Shown piece after piece: positions 36,209-48,772 of a stretch of DNA of 64,000 nucleotides. Position 1 is the stretch's first letter. Every line of letters starts with the position of its first letter. The DNA comes from Emiliania huxleyi CCMP1516 (lineage: Eukaryota): assembly GCF_000372725.1 (NCBI RefSeq), contig NW_005201249.1, positions 86,198 to 150,197 on the forward strand, written 5' to 3'. The notes beneath the pieces were generated by a model. The model was not told where the DNA came from. It worked only from the letters and a program-made list of their open reading frames with translations, and did no database searches. Both the position numbers and the translations under genes were made by a program.

Positions 36209-37399
36209 GTTCGACCTAGCTGGGAGGGGAGGCGGTCGCGAGGCAACCGCGGCCGGCGAGGCGTCGCGCGACGGCGGGCTCGCTCGCCGCGGCGTCTTGA
36301 CGGCTGCGCGACTTTGCGATGGATTTCTCGTGCGCCTGCCCCCCCCCCTTCCCCCCCTCTCCTCCTCCCGCGCCCTCCTCTTTGCACCATCGCTCGAGGA
36401 CGATCTCAAGCCTATCTCCCGCACCATGGGAGCTACAACCAACACTGATTTAATGAGACTGAGAGCGACCCCCCTCGCAGACCCCTCCCCCTCCCCCCGC
36501 CCTGCATCCCCCCTCCCCGCGGCGAGGAGGATCGACAGCTCCCTCGACTGATCCCACATTCTGACGAGTTCGCTTCAACCGGAATCTCACGAATGCTGAG
36601 CCGCGTCCCCGCCCGCCCGCCCCCCCCCCCCCCCCCCCCCAAACGGGATCGAGGAAGAAAACCAACTTCTTTTTCCCCCCCCCCCCCTAAAGCTTGTTTT
36701 TAGTTTGGGCAAACCGGCCTACCCATCGACTGAGGACCTCTTCCCGCCCGCCCCCTCCGCCCCTCTGCGTCTGCCTCCCTCTCTCGCCAGTCGCCTCCCT
36801 CCCCGTCTCATGACGAGCTCCGCCGCCTTCTCGCCCGCGCAGGACCCTCGTGCTCTCGACCTCGTCGCCCTTGAATGAGGTGGGACGACGCCACTCCCCT
36901 CCCCCCCCCCCCTTCTCACGTGTGCCCGCACGCCCTCCGATGACGATACTCACCTCAAAATACTTAGACATGCATCTGACCCGATGTGATGCGAACACTT
37001 GTCCCGAGGAGGCCGCGCTTAGAGCCCCGCCGGTGCGCACCTGTGCCCGCACCAGCTCCTCACCCCCCTCGCCCCTCCCCCCGGGCCAGGGCCGAGGTCA
37101 GGCATGGCGGCAAGCGTGCGGAGCTAGCTGGCCCCCTATCTGGCGCACTATACAGGCGGGTGATCACCTCAGACACCAACTCTTCAACCTCCCATCGATC
37201 GATCGAGCTTCGAGGGTCAGTAGTTCGGCTGGCGACATCGGTCGTCGCGAAGGCAAAGGTAAGGTAAGGTAAGGTAAGGTAAACTTCTCCACACACACGC
37301 GAGGTGGTGGGGCAAGGGGGGGCAACCCTCGCGTCTCCACGTCTGACGACAGGAGCCCCACGGCATTCAAAGTGCAAGGCCCAGTGCGCGTGGGTGAGC

Positions 37400-37400
<1 letters not shown>

Positions 37401-37484
<84 letters not shown>
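37401..37484. repeat. (GT)42 microsatellite, the putative (CA)n tail of the adjacent element
   Basis: Pure dinucleotide run that overlaps the last base of the ORF stop codon. Confidence 0.95.
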
Positions 37485-37485
<1 letters not shown>

Positions 37486-40400
37486 ACGTCACTGCATCCT
37501 CCGCCGGTTCCTCCCGTCGCCTCTTCTTTGTTCGAATGTTTTTCAATCCATCCTTCACGAAGCCCTCCCATGTAGCTAGCGTTCTTGGCGAATGTCTCGA
37601 AATGGCCAGCAGGCGCTGTCTGCTCGCGGTCTGTGCGGGCCGCTCGTCCTCCTCGCCCTTCTTTCGTCCTCCCGTCCCTCCCCTCCACCATGGCCTTCTC
37701 GGCACTTCTTTCTCCATCCGCCTCGCCCTGCCTTTTCGCATCGTGCCGTTCGCCCTCCATTCGGTGACCTCCATGGCTGTCCGCCCCTTTTTGGGTGGCG
37801 CTCTCGATACGGTTGCGTCAACCTCGACGTCGCTGTCGCCCTCCCCGTCCCCGCCGGCGTCCGTGCCTCGGTTCGCGTCATCGGTAGCGTCTCCGTTGTT
37901 CCCTCGTGCCCCGCCGTCGCCCTCTCTGCTCGGGCCGTTAGCGATTTCGCTCCTCCTGCGTGTCGCCCCTCCGTCCCCTCCCCTTTCTTCGTCGTCATCG
38001 TCGCTGTCGCGAAAGCCCTCCGGTCCCTCGATTCCCTCGCCTATCCCCTCCGCTGCGTCGTCCCAGTTTATATCCTCATCCTCTGCGCACGTCGCGTTGG
38101 CTTCCTCTCTCCCCCTTTCCTCCCTGCCCCTCTCGCTGTCTGGTGTTAATGGACCCCCTTCCTCTCCCTCGCCACCGTCACCGTCTCCATCCCCGTCGCT
38201 ACCGCCCTCCATGCCCGCCGCCCTTTGTTTCACACTCGTCTCTGCCATGTCCGCCGTCGCCGCCGTCCTGTCTGCTGCGCTCTGTGCTCCGTGGTACAGT
38301 CGCTTATTGTTGCTCAGGATTAGCTCACGCACCAGGACAGCCTCCTGCTCGTTATTTTGGCTTGCCGATATGCATCCAAAGTTCCACGCTAGCTCCTCCT
38401 TCGTCACGTCTATCTTTTTGCAGTATCTCGCGAATGCCGTCCGCGCTTGCTGGGGTGTTATTGCGTTCGGATCCGCCCTGGTCCCCGCCCTGTATCCCAT
38501 CTCCTTGCGGTGGCTCCTGTATGAGTCCCCATATGACCATGTGATTTCTTGGCCTTCCTTGACTCCCCTCTCTGCAAACAGGACCATCACCTGCGCAGCT
38601 GCCTTGCCTAATTGTATCTCCTCGTAGCGTACGAAGTGCGTCGCCCTCGTGCCTCGTTTCGGCTCATTCGATGCTGCAGGCCAGTCGAAGTTACACCGCG
38701 CCGCGACGCTGTCAAAGTCGTCCCCGCTCTCGTCGTCACTTCCATCCAGCTGCGTCCCCCCTGCTGCCGTGTGTCGTGATAGTTCGTCTGGTACTGTCTC
38801 TGGTGGCTGCGCCGTTCCTGTCCGGAAGATCTCCCCAGTGTAGATGCTACACACCTCAAATTTCTCTAGCCTCCTCGTCGCCAGTAGGCCGAGTTCCCCT
38901 TCCGCTATGCTAGAGGGGCCTACCTTCGCCCCTTCCACCGTGCCGCCCGTCGTTAGCATGGCCGTCGTTACTTTCGCCGCCGCCTCTGCTGCTTGTCGGC
39001 GGAGCGCCTCGCGCCTTCCCTCGTCTCCATGCTCCTGGTCTTGTTCTTTTTGTTTTCCTGCGCTTCCTGTCGCTGGTCCGGCGACGTATCTTGCCGTCTG
39101 CCTTCGCTTCCTGGCGGGCCGCGTTTCCTTCCCCTCGTCCCGTCTGTTTTCTCCTGCGTGGTCGCCCTCGCGTGCGCCGCTCGCCGTCTGTTCTCCTCTC
39201 TGCTCGCCGTCCTCGTCCCCTCGCTGTCGTCGCTTCCCTCCGGCGCTCGCCGCATCGTCGTTCCTATCACCGCGTTTCCTGCGCTGGCCTTCGCCTTCGA
39301 GCTCGCAGTGGGTCGTTTTGAGTGTCATCCCCATCGCTCTCGTCGTTCTGCCTCTCCCCGCTTCGAGGCGTCTCTCTGCCTCTTCCCTTTCCTTCTCCTC
39401 GGCATCACGTTGTCGATGTCGCCTCCGTCGCCAGCAAATACACGCATTCGCCGCCCACTCCATTTCTCGTATCCTCTCCTTCCTTTCCTTCTGTCCCTCT
39501 CTCAGGCGTTCTGTTTCCGCGGCTACTCGTTCCTTCCTCTCCGCCTCGAGTCCCTTCCTCTTCCCTTCCCGTACTTTGATTATTGATGCCGCCGTCTGCT
39601 GCAGTGCCTTGAGTGAAGTCACCACCCGTGTGTCATACTCCCTCATGATGTCTTCTGGCGGGTCCTGGTCCATCACACTCGGCTCGGGTAGTCGTCCAGC
39701 TAGCAGTTGCTCCATCGCCTCCCATTCCTCGTCGCTCTCCCTTCTCCCCGCGCATCTCTTCGTCGCCCCAGCAATGGCGCGTACAGCGAGCGCCTGGGCT
39801 TCGCACTCTGCGGTGTGGGCGAGTGTCCGCCTCCTTGACTTCGGCGGCGTCCATCGTAGCGCCTTGAGCACGTCCGCCGCGCCTTTCCTCATCGCCCGGT
39901 GGTGCTCCCTCCTCTCCCCCTTCACCGCCTCGCACTCGGCGCATAGGACGTGCCTAGTGTTAGCTATTGTCCTGCAACATCCAGGATGCCAGCAACCTTC
40001 AGCCCCATCGGCACATGCTCCTCCTCCCTCCTCGTCCCACCCGTCCTGCCACGCCTCTGCCTCTAGGCTGGCCCTCCATCGCCTCCCGTGCTCTATACCT
40101 CGGGTCTGTCCCGTCCGCATGCCGTGTACCAGCCTTAGCCTCGCCTTCTCCCCGCAGGCCTCGGGCTGGCGCTGGGTCGATTTTGGACCCCGTTCTCTGT
40201 CTCCCTCGTATCTCGTGTCGCCTGATATCGTCCCCGTCGCCTTGATTACCGTCCTCCACACGTTGTCGTCTCCTCCCTTTCGCGCTGCGTGCCCGCCGTC
40301 CAGCCGCTTTCGTACCCATCGCCCAATTTTCTCCTTCGCTTCTTGATACAGCCTCCTGTCTCGGATCTCCGGCGCCTGCCCCTCTTCCTCATGCATGTAG

Positions 40401-41515
40401 ATGCATGCCCTGTTCGTCACGTGTCGTGCTAGGTCCATCTCGTACGCGCTCGTTACCCTGCTCCGCAGGTGTGCCTTTGCCGCCGCGTCCGCCATGGAAT
40501 TGGGCGCGTTGCCCGCATGCCCCTCCGTGAAGATGAAAATCACGTACCCTCCGTGGCGCTGTATAATGTCGATTTGTGCTTGCACCGCCGCATTGAGTGC
40601 GCTCCTATTTGTCTCGCCGCGTGTCCGCCCCCGATACGCCCGTTCGATCTCCTTGAGCGCCGTCTCGCTGTCCGACATTACTAGGCATCGGTGAGGCTGG
40701 AGGGTCGTTTCTGTTTCGTCCGCCTTCGTGCGCAGGAAGCTGTAAATGGCGTACATCTCGGCGTCGACAATCTCCCACGATCCCGGCAGGGCGCCTCCCC
40801 ATATTCTCCGTCCTATTCGCTCGTGAATCTGTGCCCTGGTCTCTTGTGTATCGTCATCTCCCTCTTTCGGCTGCACGCCCTCCCATCCCCCGAACGATGC
40901 TAGCCTTCCGTCTCGAGTCTCCTTCAGCGAGGCGTCCGTCGCTGCCGCCGCTGTGAAGTGGTGCCACTTGTGCAGGCGGCACGCCAGGTCCCTCGCCCTC
41001 CACGTCGTGCTCGTTCCCCGCTCTCGCATGATCCGACACTCGCTTTCGTCCATCACGATCTCGTTCTCGCCCTCTCGGTCGTGTAGTCGCTCTTGCGGCG
41101 CGCTCCGGATTGCGCCCTCCGCCTCGTCGCTCCTCAGATACAGTCGTAGGACGGGGTCGCGAGCAATGTCGTTCCTCCCGATCTCTTCGTATCCCGCCCT
41201 TCCTCCTCCCTTTGTCCACATCTCCTGTACCGCCCCTCCGATCTCCTCCTCGATCGCGACGTTGTCGAGTACCGCTTGCGGCGCACCTCGCCTCCACTCC
41301 CCGCCACCCACTAGGTCGTCTATCTCTTGCCCATGTCCGAGCGTGTCCGGTTCGTCACTCCCCCACCATGCGTCCCCGCCGATCGTCGCCTCTCCATCGG
41401 CGGCTACTCTCCACTCGTCGCCTCCCCCGTCCAGGGCCATCGTCTTTTTCGTTTTTTCCTTCTGCTGTGCATCGCTATCTGCTGCGTCGCTCTCTGTGCT
41501 CGGCTCCTTGCCTAG
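37484..41515 (-). mobile_element. Probable 5'-truncated non-LTR retrotransposon ORF: RNase H + zinc knuckle + coiled coil + SET domain
   Basis: RNase H ~40950-40470 (ATDAS, AEMYAI, MSDSE, GHAGNAPNSMADAAAK); C..CC..RHVLCAEC ~39995-39930; SET ~38935-38515 (GPSSI..GELGLLATR..YTGE, AARCN, FAERGVKEGQEITWSYG); no introns; purine-rich coding strand. Confidence 0.75.
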
Positions 41516-42686
41516 GTATAATGTTCTGAAGGGTAGCGCCGAGCAAAGTAGATGAATGTGTTCAAAAGTCGCCGATTGTGTGTGTCGTGGGCTCGTGGGG
41601 AGAAGCAAGGAAAGGGACTGTTCCCGGGCATTCACACTATGTTCCTGAGATAATTTGGCGATTATATCCATAAGGGATTTCATCCCTTCTTGGATTGGAG
41701 ATTCGTGTTTTGGTTCCGGTTTTGGGTAAAACGTATACAGCGAACGCGATGTGCGGCCTCTGCCTAGCTTGCTGCTTCTATGCGCGAGCTACGGCGGGAC
41801 CGCTCTATCGAGTAGGGACATATACCCAACTCCGAAGTAGAGCTGCCGGAGCCCGGACGCCGGAGCGGACGACAGGACAGCTGAGGGCGTATGTGTCCCC
41901 CCTGTCCCCCCCCCCCCCCCCCCGGCGCTAGGGCCGAGCGTTTTTTTGATCTCTGGCGTCTGGGTGAGTGTGGGGGGCCGCCGCCGAGCCGCCTCGGGGT
42001 GGCGGGCGGGCCGCGGGCGTTTTGAAAAACAGAACCAACAGAAAACAGAGGCGAGAGGGGGGCCACTGGTGGCGGGTAGCGCGGGCGTCGCGCGGTACGC
42101 GCCGGGCCGTCAGCGCCTTTCGAAAACAGCGACACTATGCAACACGAGGGTTAACCCCTAAACGGCTGTGGTTCCCATATGGGAACTTCGCCCAGTTCTG
42201 TGAAAGAGAATTTAAACAAAACAACTCTCACTCACAGTGAAACCAACTACCAAGAGAAAGACGGCTTGATACGGCTGGTCGCAGCGACGGCCGATCCAGC
42301 AGTCGTCTGCGACATGGCAGTGGCCCCGGGTCATGTGCAGCTGGTCCCGAGCGGCTCAGGTCCCAGATCGAATCTCGGACCCACAGATTCTAGATTCCTT
42401 TAGATTCCCTGGATTCCCGCAACACTGGCCCTCCTTCCCCGCGACCGACCGCTACGACCCGGCGCCACCCGCCGCCCCTGACCCCGCCCCTCCCCCTCCC
42501 CCCTCAACCTTCTGACCCTTCCCAGGCGCGCCTGTGGCTGGCGGCCACGTCCCTCGCCCTCACAGCCTCGCGGTCTCCCGCCGCGGCCGCGCCGCCGCTG
42601 CCGCCGCCGCTGCCGCCGCCGCCCTCGCCGCCACCCGCATTGACAGCCGCGCAACTGCGGCAGCCGCCTCCACCTCCATCTCCGAC

Positions 42687-43013
42687 CTACCTCCCCGCCT
42701 GCCGGACTGCCTCGGCGCCAGCGGCAGAGGAAGGCGCAGGCGGCGGCGGCGGTGGCGGCGGCGCGGTGAGATCGCTGGTGTCCCTGCCCGCCTCCCTGCG
42801 GGCGTAGAAGAGCGCAGCCTGCTCGGCGGTGGCGAACATGCCGAGGTAGAGCGGCTGGCCTCCAACCGACACCTTCAGCTCGTACTTCTTGCTGCCTTTC
42901 TGCTTCGGGTGGTAGTAGACGCCCTTGTAGCCGCTGTTGCTGCTGCTGCTGGTAGCTAGAGTCAGGCCCTCCCTCCCCGCCTGCTGGACTGCCTCGGCGC
43001 CAACAACAGAGGA

Positions 43014-43045
<32 letters not shown>

Positions 43046-43835
43046 CGGTGAGATCGCTGCCGGTGTCCCTGCCCGCCTCCCTGCGGGCGGAGAAGAGCGC
43101 CGCCTGCTCGGCGGTGGCGAAGTAGCCGAGGTGGAGCTGCTTGCCGCCAACCGTCACCGACAGCTGGTACTTCTTGCTGCCTTCCTGCTTCGGGCGGTAG
43201 TAAACGCCCCTGTAGCCGCTGCTGCTGCTGCTCGTAGCTAGAGTCAGGCCCTCCCTCTCCGCTTGCCGGACTGCCTCGGCGCCAGCAGCAGAGGAAGGCT
43301 CAGGTGGCGGGGGCGGTGGCGGCGGCGCGGTGAGATCGCTGCCGGTGTCCCTGCCCGCCTCCCTGCGGGCGGAGAAGAGCGCCGCCTGCTCGGCGGTGGC
43401 GAACATGCCGAGGCCGACCGACTTGCCGCCAACCGTCACCTTCAGCTGGTACTTCTTGCGGCCTTGCTCCTTCGGGTAGAAGGTCACGCCTTTGTAGCCG
43501 CTGTTGCTGCCGCTGCTGGCGGTGAGAGTCAGGCCCTCCCTCGCCGCCTGCAGTATCGCCGCGGCGCCGGCGGCAGTGGGAGCAGCGCGGGGCTGCAGCT
43601 GCTTGGCGGCGTCGGCGCGGCCGTACTCTGACCGAGCGTAGGCGGTGGCCGCCTCTTCGGCGGTGTCGAAGCAGCCGAGGTGGACACGCTTGTCGCCATC
43701 CCGCACCTGCACCTGGAACTTCTTTCTGCTGCGGTCGTAGCTCACGTTCTTGAAGCCAGTCGTGCTGTTTTTGCTGATGGCTGGAATCAGCACGAGGCGC
43801 TCCGAAACCGGTGGCGTCCGCACGAGGGGCGCCAT
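42687..43835 (-). CDS. Protein with four tandem AP2/ERF-like DNA-binding repeats
   Basis: Repeats EGLTL..S.SGYKGV..KYQL.V.VGGK...LG.FATAEQAAL..AR separated by poly-Pro; 3' end may be spliced. Confidence 0.8.
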
Positions 43836-45563
43836 GGGCAAGAAAAGTGAGAAGATGCGAGGAAAAGAAACTGCATTCGCAGTCGAAAAAAGAATTCATA
43901 ACAGCATAGCAGGCTCGTTTGGCGTGTCCGTATTATTATTTATTTAAGGCCAGGAGTTCTCGCAAGGCGGAAAGCGCGACAGCGGCAGCGCGCAGCAGGG
44001 CAAAACATGCATCGATTCTTCAGTCGCTCTGCCGGACGCGCTCGCTCGCTTTGAGGGTCACCAGTGCAAGCCGTGTGGACGCCCAGAATAGCCTCCCCTG
44101 GCTTAGCTAGAGTGAGAGATATTGTGCACGTGGTCAGCCTCTACAATATATACAGTGCTGTCTTAAGGTCCGACCTGTGGGCTCTGCCTGCGCTCGGCAC
44201 CGGGCACCGCCTCGGTATACAAAATGCGCCTGCGGGCGGACCCTCACAGATCACAGATCACACTGACACTTTACCTCCCAGAGCTCGTCTAGGTCCGCCA
44301 CGGCCATCCTCAGCCTCCAGAGGGCCCCTGCCCGGCCGCGGCGCGGTGCGGCGGCGTCACAAATCCGACGTCAGTTCACCGGGACGCGATCGGGCGATCT
44401 GAAGTCCAACTAGGCGTATGGATTGTCCGCCCAGGGCTATCTCCTATCACCTGGACCCCTCAATGGACGCCTGCGGTGCCGCCCCCACGAGGTGTTGTTC
44501 ACACCTGTCCAACCATTCGTGCAGCAGGAACGCGCTGTGTGTGGCTGGCAGCAAACTCAAATGACGACGGGTTGCAGCCTCGTAGCTCAACGGCAACATT
44601 GTGCATGAGGAAGGCTGATAGAAGCGTGTTCGCCGGATTACGTGGCTGGGTTCACAGCGATTGTAGGAAAATTGGGGGAACCTTGACGGTCGCGGCCTTC
44701 CGACTCGCGCCTCCGCCTCACTGGCACTATTGTAGCCCTGGCCGGTGCGCGTGCAGAGTTGAAGTTCCGGAGTGAAAATTCGAACGCGTTCTCTCACGGT
44801 GACCAAAAGATGTCCACCTCAGAGGCACCTCCGGAGGCAGGCCGCCGCACGCCGGCGACACAGCTCCAGCTGTCGAACTGACCCGCAGCTCCTCTCAGAG
44901 CGGGAACTGTGACAAAAGTTGACTGAGGCGGTTGTCAGGAATCATCATACGGATCACATGGTGGCTCTTTCATGACGGGAGACCGCCCGACCACTCCTGG
45001 GTGGCACTGCCACCGGTGTCGCTCGACGTCCGCCTGTCGACAGCGTGCCGACAGCGACACAGACCATGTGGGACGCGTCGAGTATCGACCTCTACTGCTT
45101 ACCCAGCCTTCGAATGTATCCTGGCTGTGGTCCCACACCCACTGGTGTCCATCTCAGAGACCGCAGGAGGTCATGAGGGTCGATGGGAGTGCCAACCCCA
45201 CAATGCCTAAAAACCCAGCCCAGTAGAAAAGGCAACACAAAAACACAACCGGACCCAAGACGCAAAGGTCCAAATCTTCACGAGACTCGAGGAAAAATGT
45301 GTGTGTGTCGCGCGCCTTGCGGGGGGGGGGGGGGGGGGGGCGGAAAAGAGGAACCTCTTAGCGCCATCGCCATTGGTGCTGCAAGCAGCGAGCGCCGGGC
45401 GACGACGGCTTCCCGCCTCCCGGCCCCCCTCGGCACACCTCCGCTGCTTAATGTTTGACGACTCGAACCCGTGAAGCTTCCCCGTGCGCGGGTTACCCCG
45501 CACACGGGTCAGCCTGCCAGCCACGTATCCACGCAAGCGTGGTCCGCGCGCATGGCATACAGT

Positions 45564-45660
45564 AAAAAGAATTTAAACAAAAGAACTCTCTCTCACAGCA
45601 CACAGGCTCGACACAGGTGCGAACTGGCGCGTGCTAGTACTATCACCGGCACACCACCGG
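45564..45660 (+). repeat. Diverged copy of the AAAGAATTTAAACAAAA family (short copies also at 499-521 and 42204-42238)
   Basis: AAGAATTTAAACAAAAGAACTCTCT..ACTGGCGCG..CACACCAC similarity. Confidence 0.65.
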
Positions 45661-45830
45661 AGCCGCCTAAGCGACTCCGTTAAGAACGGCAATGCACTTA
45701 GCACCGTGCACAATGCCGCTGTTCCCGCACGCTAGCTCGTTCACCGTCTGCCACGCCACGGCGGTGTGGAGAACGACAGACAAGCGCTGCATAAGTAAAA
45801 AGAAATTGCGCGACTTTCGCTCATTTCAGC

Positions 45831-48165
45831 ATGAGCGGCGCCATCCTCCCAGCCCAGCTCGCCGACCTGGCTCGGGGCGACCTGGCCTCGCTGCGCGCCT
45901 TCCTCTCCGGGGAGGGGACGCACGGCACGTCGCTCGCGGCCCAGCTCGACGCGCGGCACGACACCGAGAAGCAGGACACGCTGCTCACCTGGGCCGCTCG
46001 GCACGGGCAGGCCGAGGCGGTGCGGCTGCTGATCGAGGGCGGCGCGAGCGTCGGGGCGGCTGACAGCGGCGGCGCCACCGCGCTCCTCCTCGCGAGCGAG
46101 GGGGGGCACGTCGACTGCGCCAGGCTGCTCCTCGAGGCGAGCGCAGCGGTCAACCGAGCTGCTGACGGCGGCGTCACGCCGCTGTTCATCGCGTGCGAGA
46201 CGGGGCAGCTCGAGTGCGCCCAGCTGCTTCTCGAGGCGGGCGCGGCGATAGAGCAGCCCACGGACGACGGCACCACGCCGCTGAGCGCTGCGAGCTTCAA
46301 CGGCGAGATCGAATGCGTCCGGCTGCTCCTCGAGGCAGGCGCGGCGGTCAACCAAGCAGACGCTGAAGGCTTCACGCCGCTGTACGTTGCGTGCCAGGAG
46401 GAGCATTTCGAGTGCGCCCAGCTGCTTCTCGGGGCCAGCGCTTCAGTCGGCCAGGCCGACAAGGACGGCGTCACGCCGCTGTACATTGCGTGCCAGCACG
46501 GCCACCTCGAGTGCGCCAAGCTGCTGCGCGACGCTGGCGCTGACATCAACCAAGCGAGGGCCGACGGCGCCACGCCGCTGCTCGTCACGTGCGAGAACGG
46601 CCACCTCGAGTGCGCCCAGCTGCTTCTCGAGGCCAGCGCTTCAGTCGACCAGGCCGATGAGCAAGGCATCACGCCGCTGTACATGGCGTGCCAGAACGGC
46701 CACCCGGAGATCGCCCGGCTGCTTCTCGAGGCGAGCGCAGCGGTCAACCAAGCCGAGCAGGATGGCGCCACGCCGCTGTTCATGGCATGCTTCAACGGCC
46801 ACCTCGAGATCGCCCGGCTGCTGCGCGACGCTGGCGCGGCCGTCAACCAAGCCAAGCAGAACGGCGTCACGCCGCTGTTCATGGCGAGCCAGAAGGGCTA
46901 CCCCGAGATCGCCCGGCTGCTCCTCGAGGCCGGCGCAGCGATCGACCAGGCCGAAAAGGACGGCACCACGCCGCTGTTCATGGCGTGCCAGGAGGGCCAC
47001 CTCGAGTGCGTCCGGCTGCTCCTCGAGGCCAGCGCGGCGATCAACCAAGCCAAGCAGAACGGCGCCACGCCGCTGATCATGGCATGCTTCAACGGCCACC
47101 TCGAGATCGCCCGGCTGCTTCTCGAGGCCGGCGCGGCGATCGACCAGGCCGATGAGCAAGGCACCACGCCGCTGTTCATCGCGTGCCAGGAGGGCCACCT
47201 CGAGATCGCCCAGCTGCTCCTCGAGGTTGGCGCGGCGACCGACCAAGCGATGAACGATGGTTGCACGCCGCTGTTCATGGCGTGCCAGGAGGGCCAGCTC
47301 GAGAGCGCCCGGCTGCTCCTCGAGGCTGGCGCGGCGGTCAACCAAGCCCGGCAGAACGGCGTCACGCCGCTGTACGCGGCGTGCCAGGACGGCCACCTCG
47401 AGATCGCCAAGCTCCTCTCCTCCTACGGCGCCTCCCGCGCCGCTACGCCCTTCGGCACGCCCGAGGAGGTTGCAACCGAAGAAGGCCACGCCGACCTCGC
47501 CGCCTGGCTGGTCGCCAGCCGCGGCTGGACGCCGCTCCAGCATCTCGAGGCGTGCCCGAGACTAGCGGCCGAAGGCGTGAGCGCGCTGTCCTCACGCCCA
47601 TTGTCCCTCTTCCGCAGGCGCTCACCGTCGAGCGGGCGCGGGCGCTGCTGCGCGGCGGCGCCGACCCGCTCGCCGGCGCGCCTTCTGCCCTCGAGCGGGC
47701 GCGCGTCCTCTGCTCGTGGAGCGAGTCGGATCCGACTGTTGCGGGAGTCGGTTCCACAGTCGAGATCCGCTCTCTCGTCTCGCGGCCCTCGATGAACGGC
47801 AAGATCGGCGTCGTCGTCTCCGCCAACGCTTCGACGGCCCGCTTCGGCGTGCGCGTGGCGGGCGAGGCCAAGGCACTCGCACTGAGGCGCGCACTGAAAT
47901 GGTCTCTCCCCGACTCGCCGGATCCTCTCTTTAACACACCCTGCCCTCCCTCAGGCCGGCCAACCTGCAGCCAGCGGCCGAGGCGGTGGAGGTGGGCAGG
48001 CTCATCCTCAAGGCGGCGGAGTGGTCGCCGCAGTCGCACGAGCTCTTCCCGACAGCGGCTCGCAAGCGGGCGGTCGAGGTGATGCGGCTGGGCTACCTGA
48101 TCGCTTGGGACGAGGAGCGCTTCGACAGCCGCGAGGGAGCGGCTCCAGAGCTGGCGGACATCTGA
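45831..48165 (+). CDS. Long ankyrin repeat protein (~15 repeats) with spliced C-terminal extension
   Basis: G.TPLF.AC..GHLE..RLLLEAGA.V.QA repeats; after intron ~47550-47617 ALTVERARALLRGGADP, then WSPQSHELFP..RAVEVMRLGYL. Confidence 0.85.
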
Positions 48166-48772
48166 GAGACAGCGCGCTGAGCAGGAGAGCCCGGCCGGCT
48201 GTGTGGGCAAAAAAGAAAGAAAATGGGAGAAATCCGCCGGAAAAAAAATCCGAAATCGATACGGAATGGCCTGGGAGCCCCAGAAATCGCCCCCCTACTT
48301 TTGGGGGGCTGGTGCGAGGCGAGGCGAGGCCTGTGTGGCGGCTTCTGGGACACTGGGAGGGGCTAGGAGAGGGGCGGGTTTGGCGGGAGAGGGGTCCGCG
48401 GGCGGCGCGAGCGGGCGTCCGGTGAGGGCGCGGCTTTGTGCTGCCAAAGGTGGTGGCGCGATGAGGACAGAGTTGTGTTTGTGTTCGTGGCATCGTGGCA
48501 GCCCAACCCCACAGGGTCTTGCCTGACCGGGGGAACTGTTTTTTCCTTTCGATCGGTCGTCGGAAGACTAAATTCTTTTTGACCGAGCGTTTTCGTCGCG
48601 TGAGACGTGGGCCGTGCTGCTATGTAGACGTACCGGCCCTATATGCACCCGTGGTGGTGCGATGACATGATGACTGCTTTGGTCCTGTTTTCTTCGTGGC
48701 AGCCAACCCCCCAGGATCTCGCCCCTCTTCTCTCTCTCGCTCTCGCTTGGTGGCCTCGCATGCATTTGTTTT

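Noticed and set aside
37401..40346. Plus-strand 408-aa and 500-aa ORFs
   Set aside because: Ser/Pro-rich antisense shadows of the purine-rich minus-strand ORF.
45741..47543. Long antisense ORFs over the ankyrin gene, and similar ones throughout
   Set aside because: Shadow frames of GC-rich repetitive coding sequence.
48160..48170. UGA as selenocysteine or readthrough at the ankyrin gene end
   Set aside because: No redox motif or recognisable SECIS; a stop or truncation is simpler.
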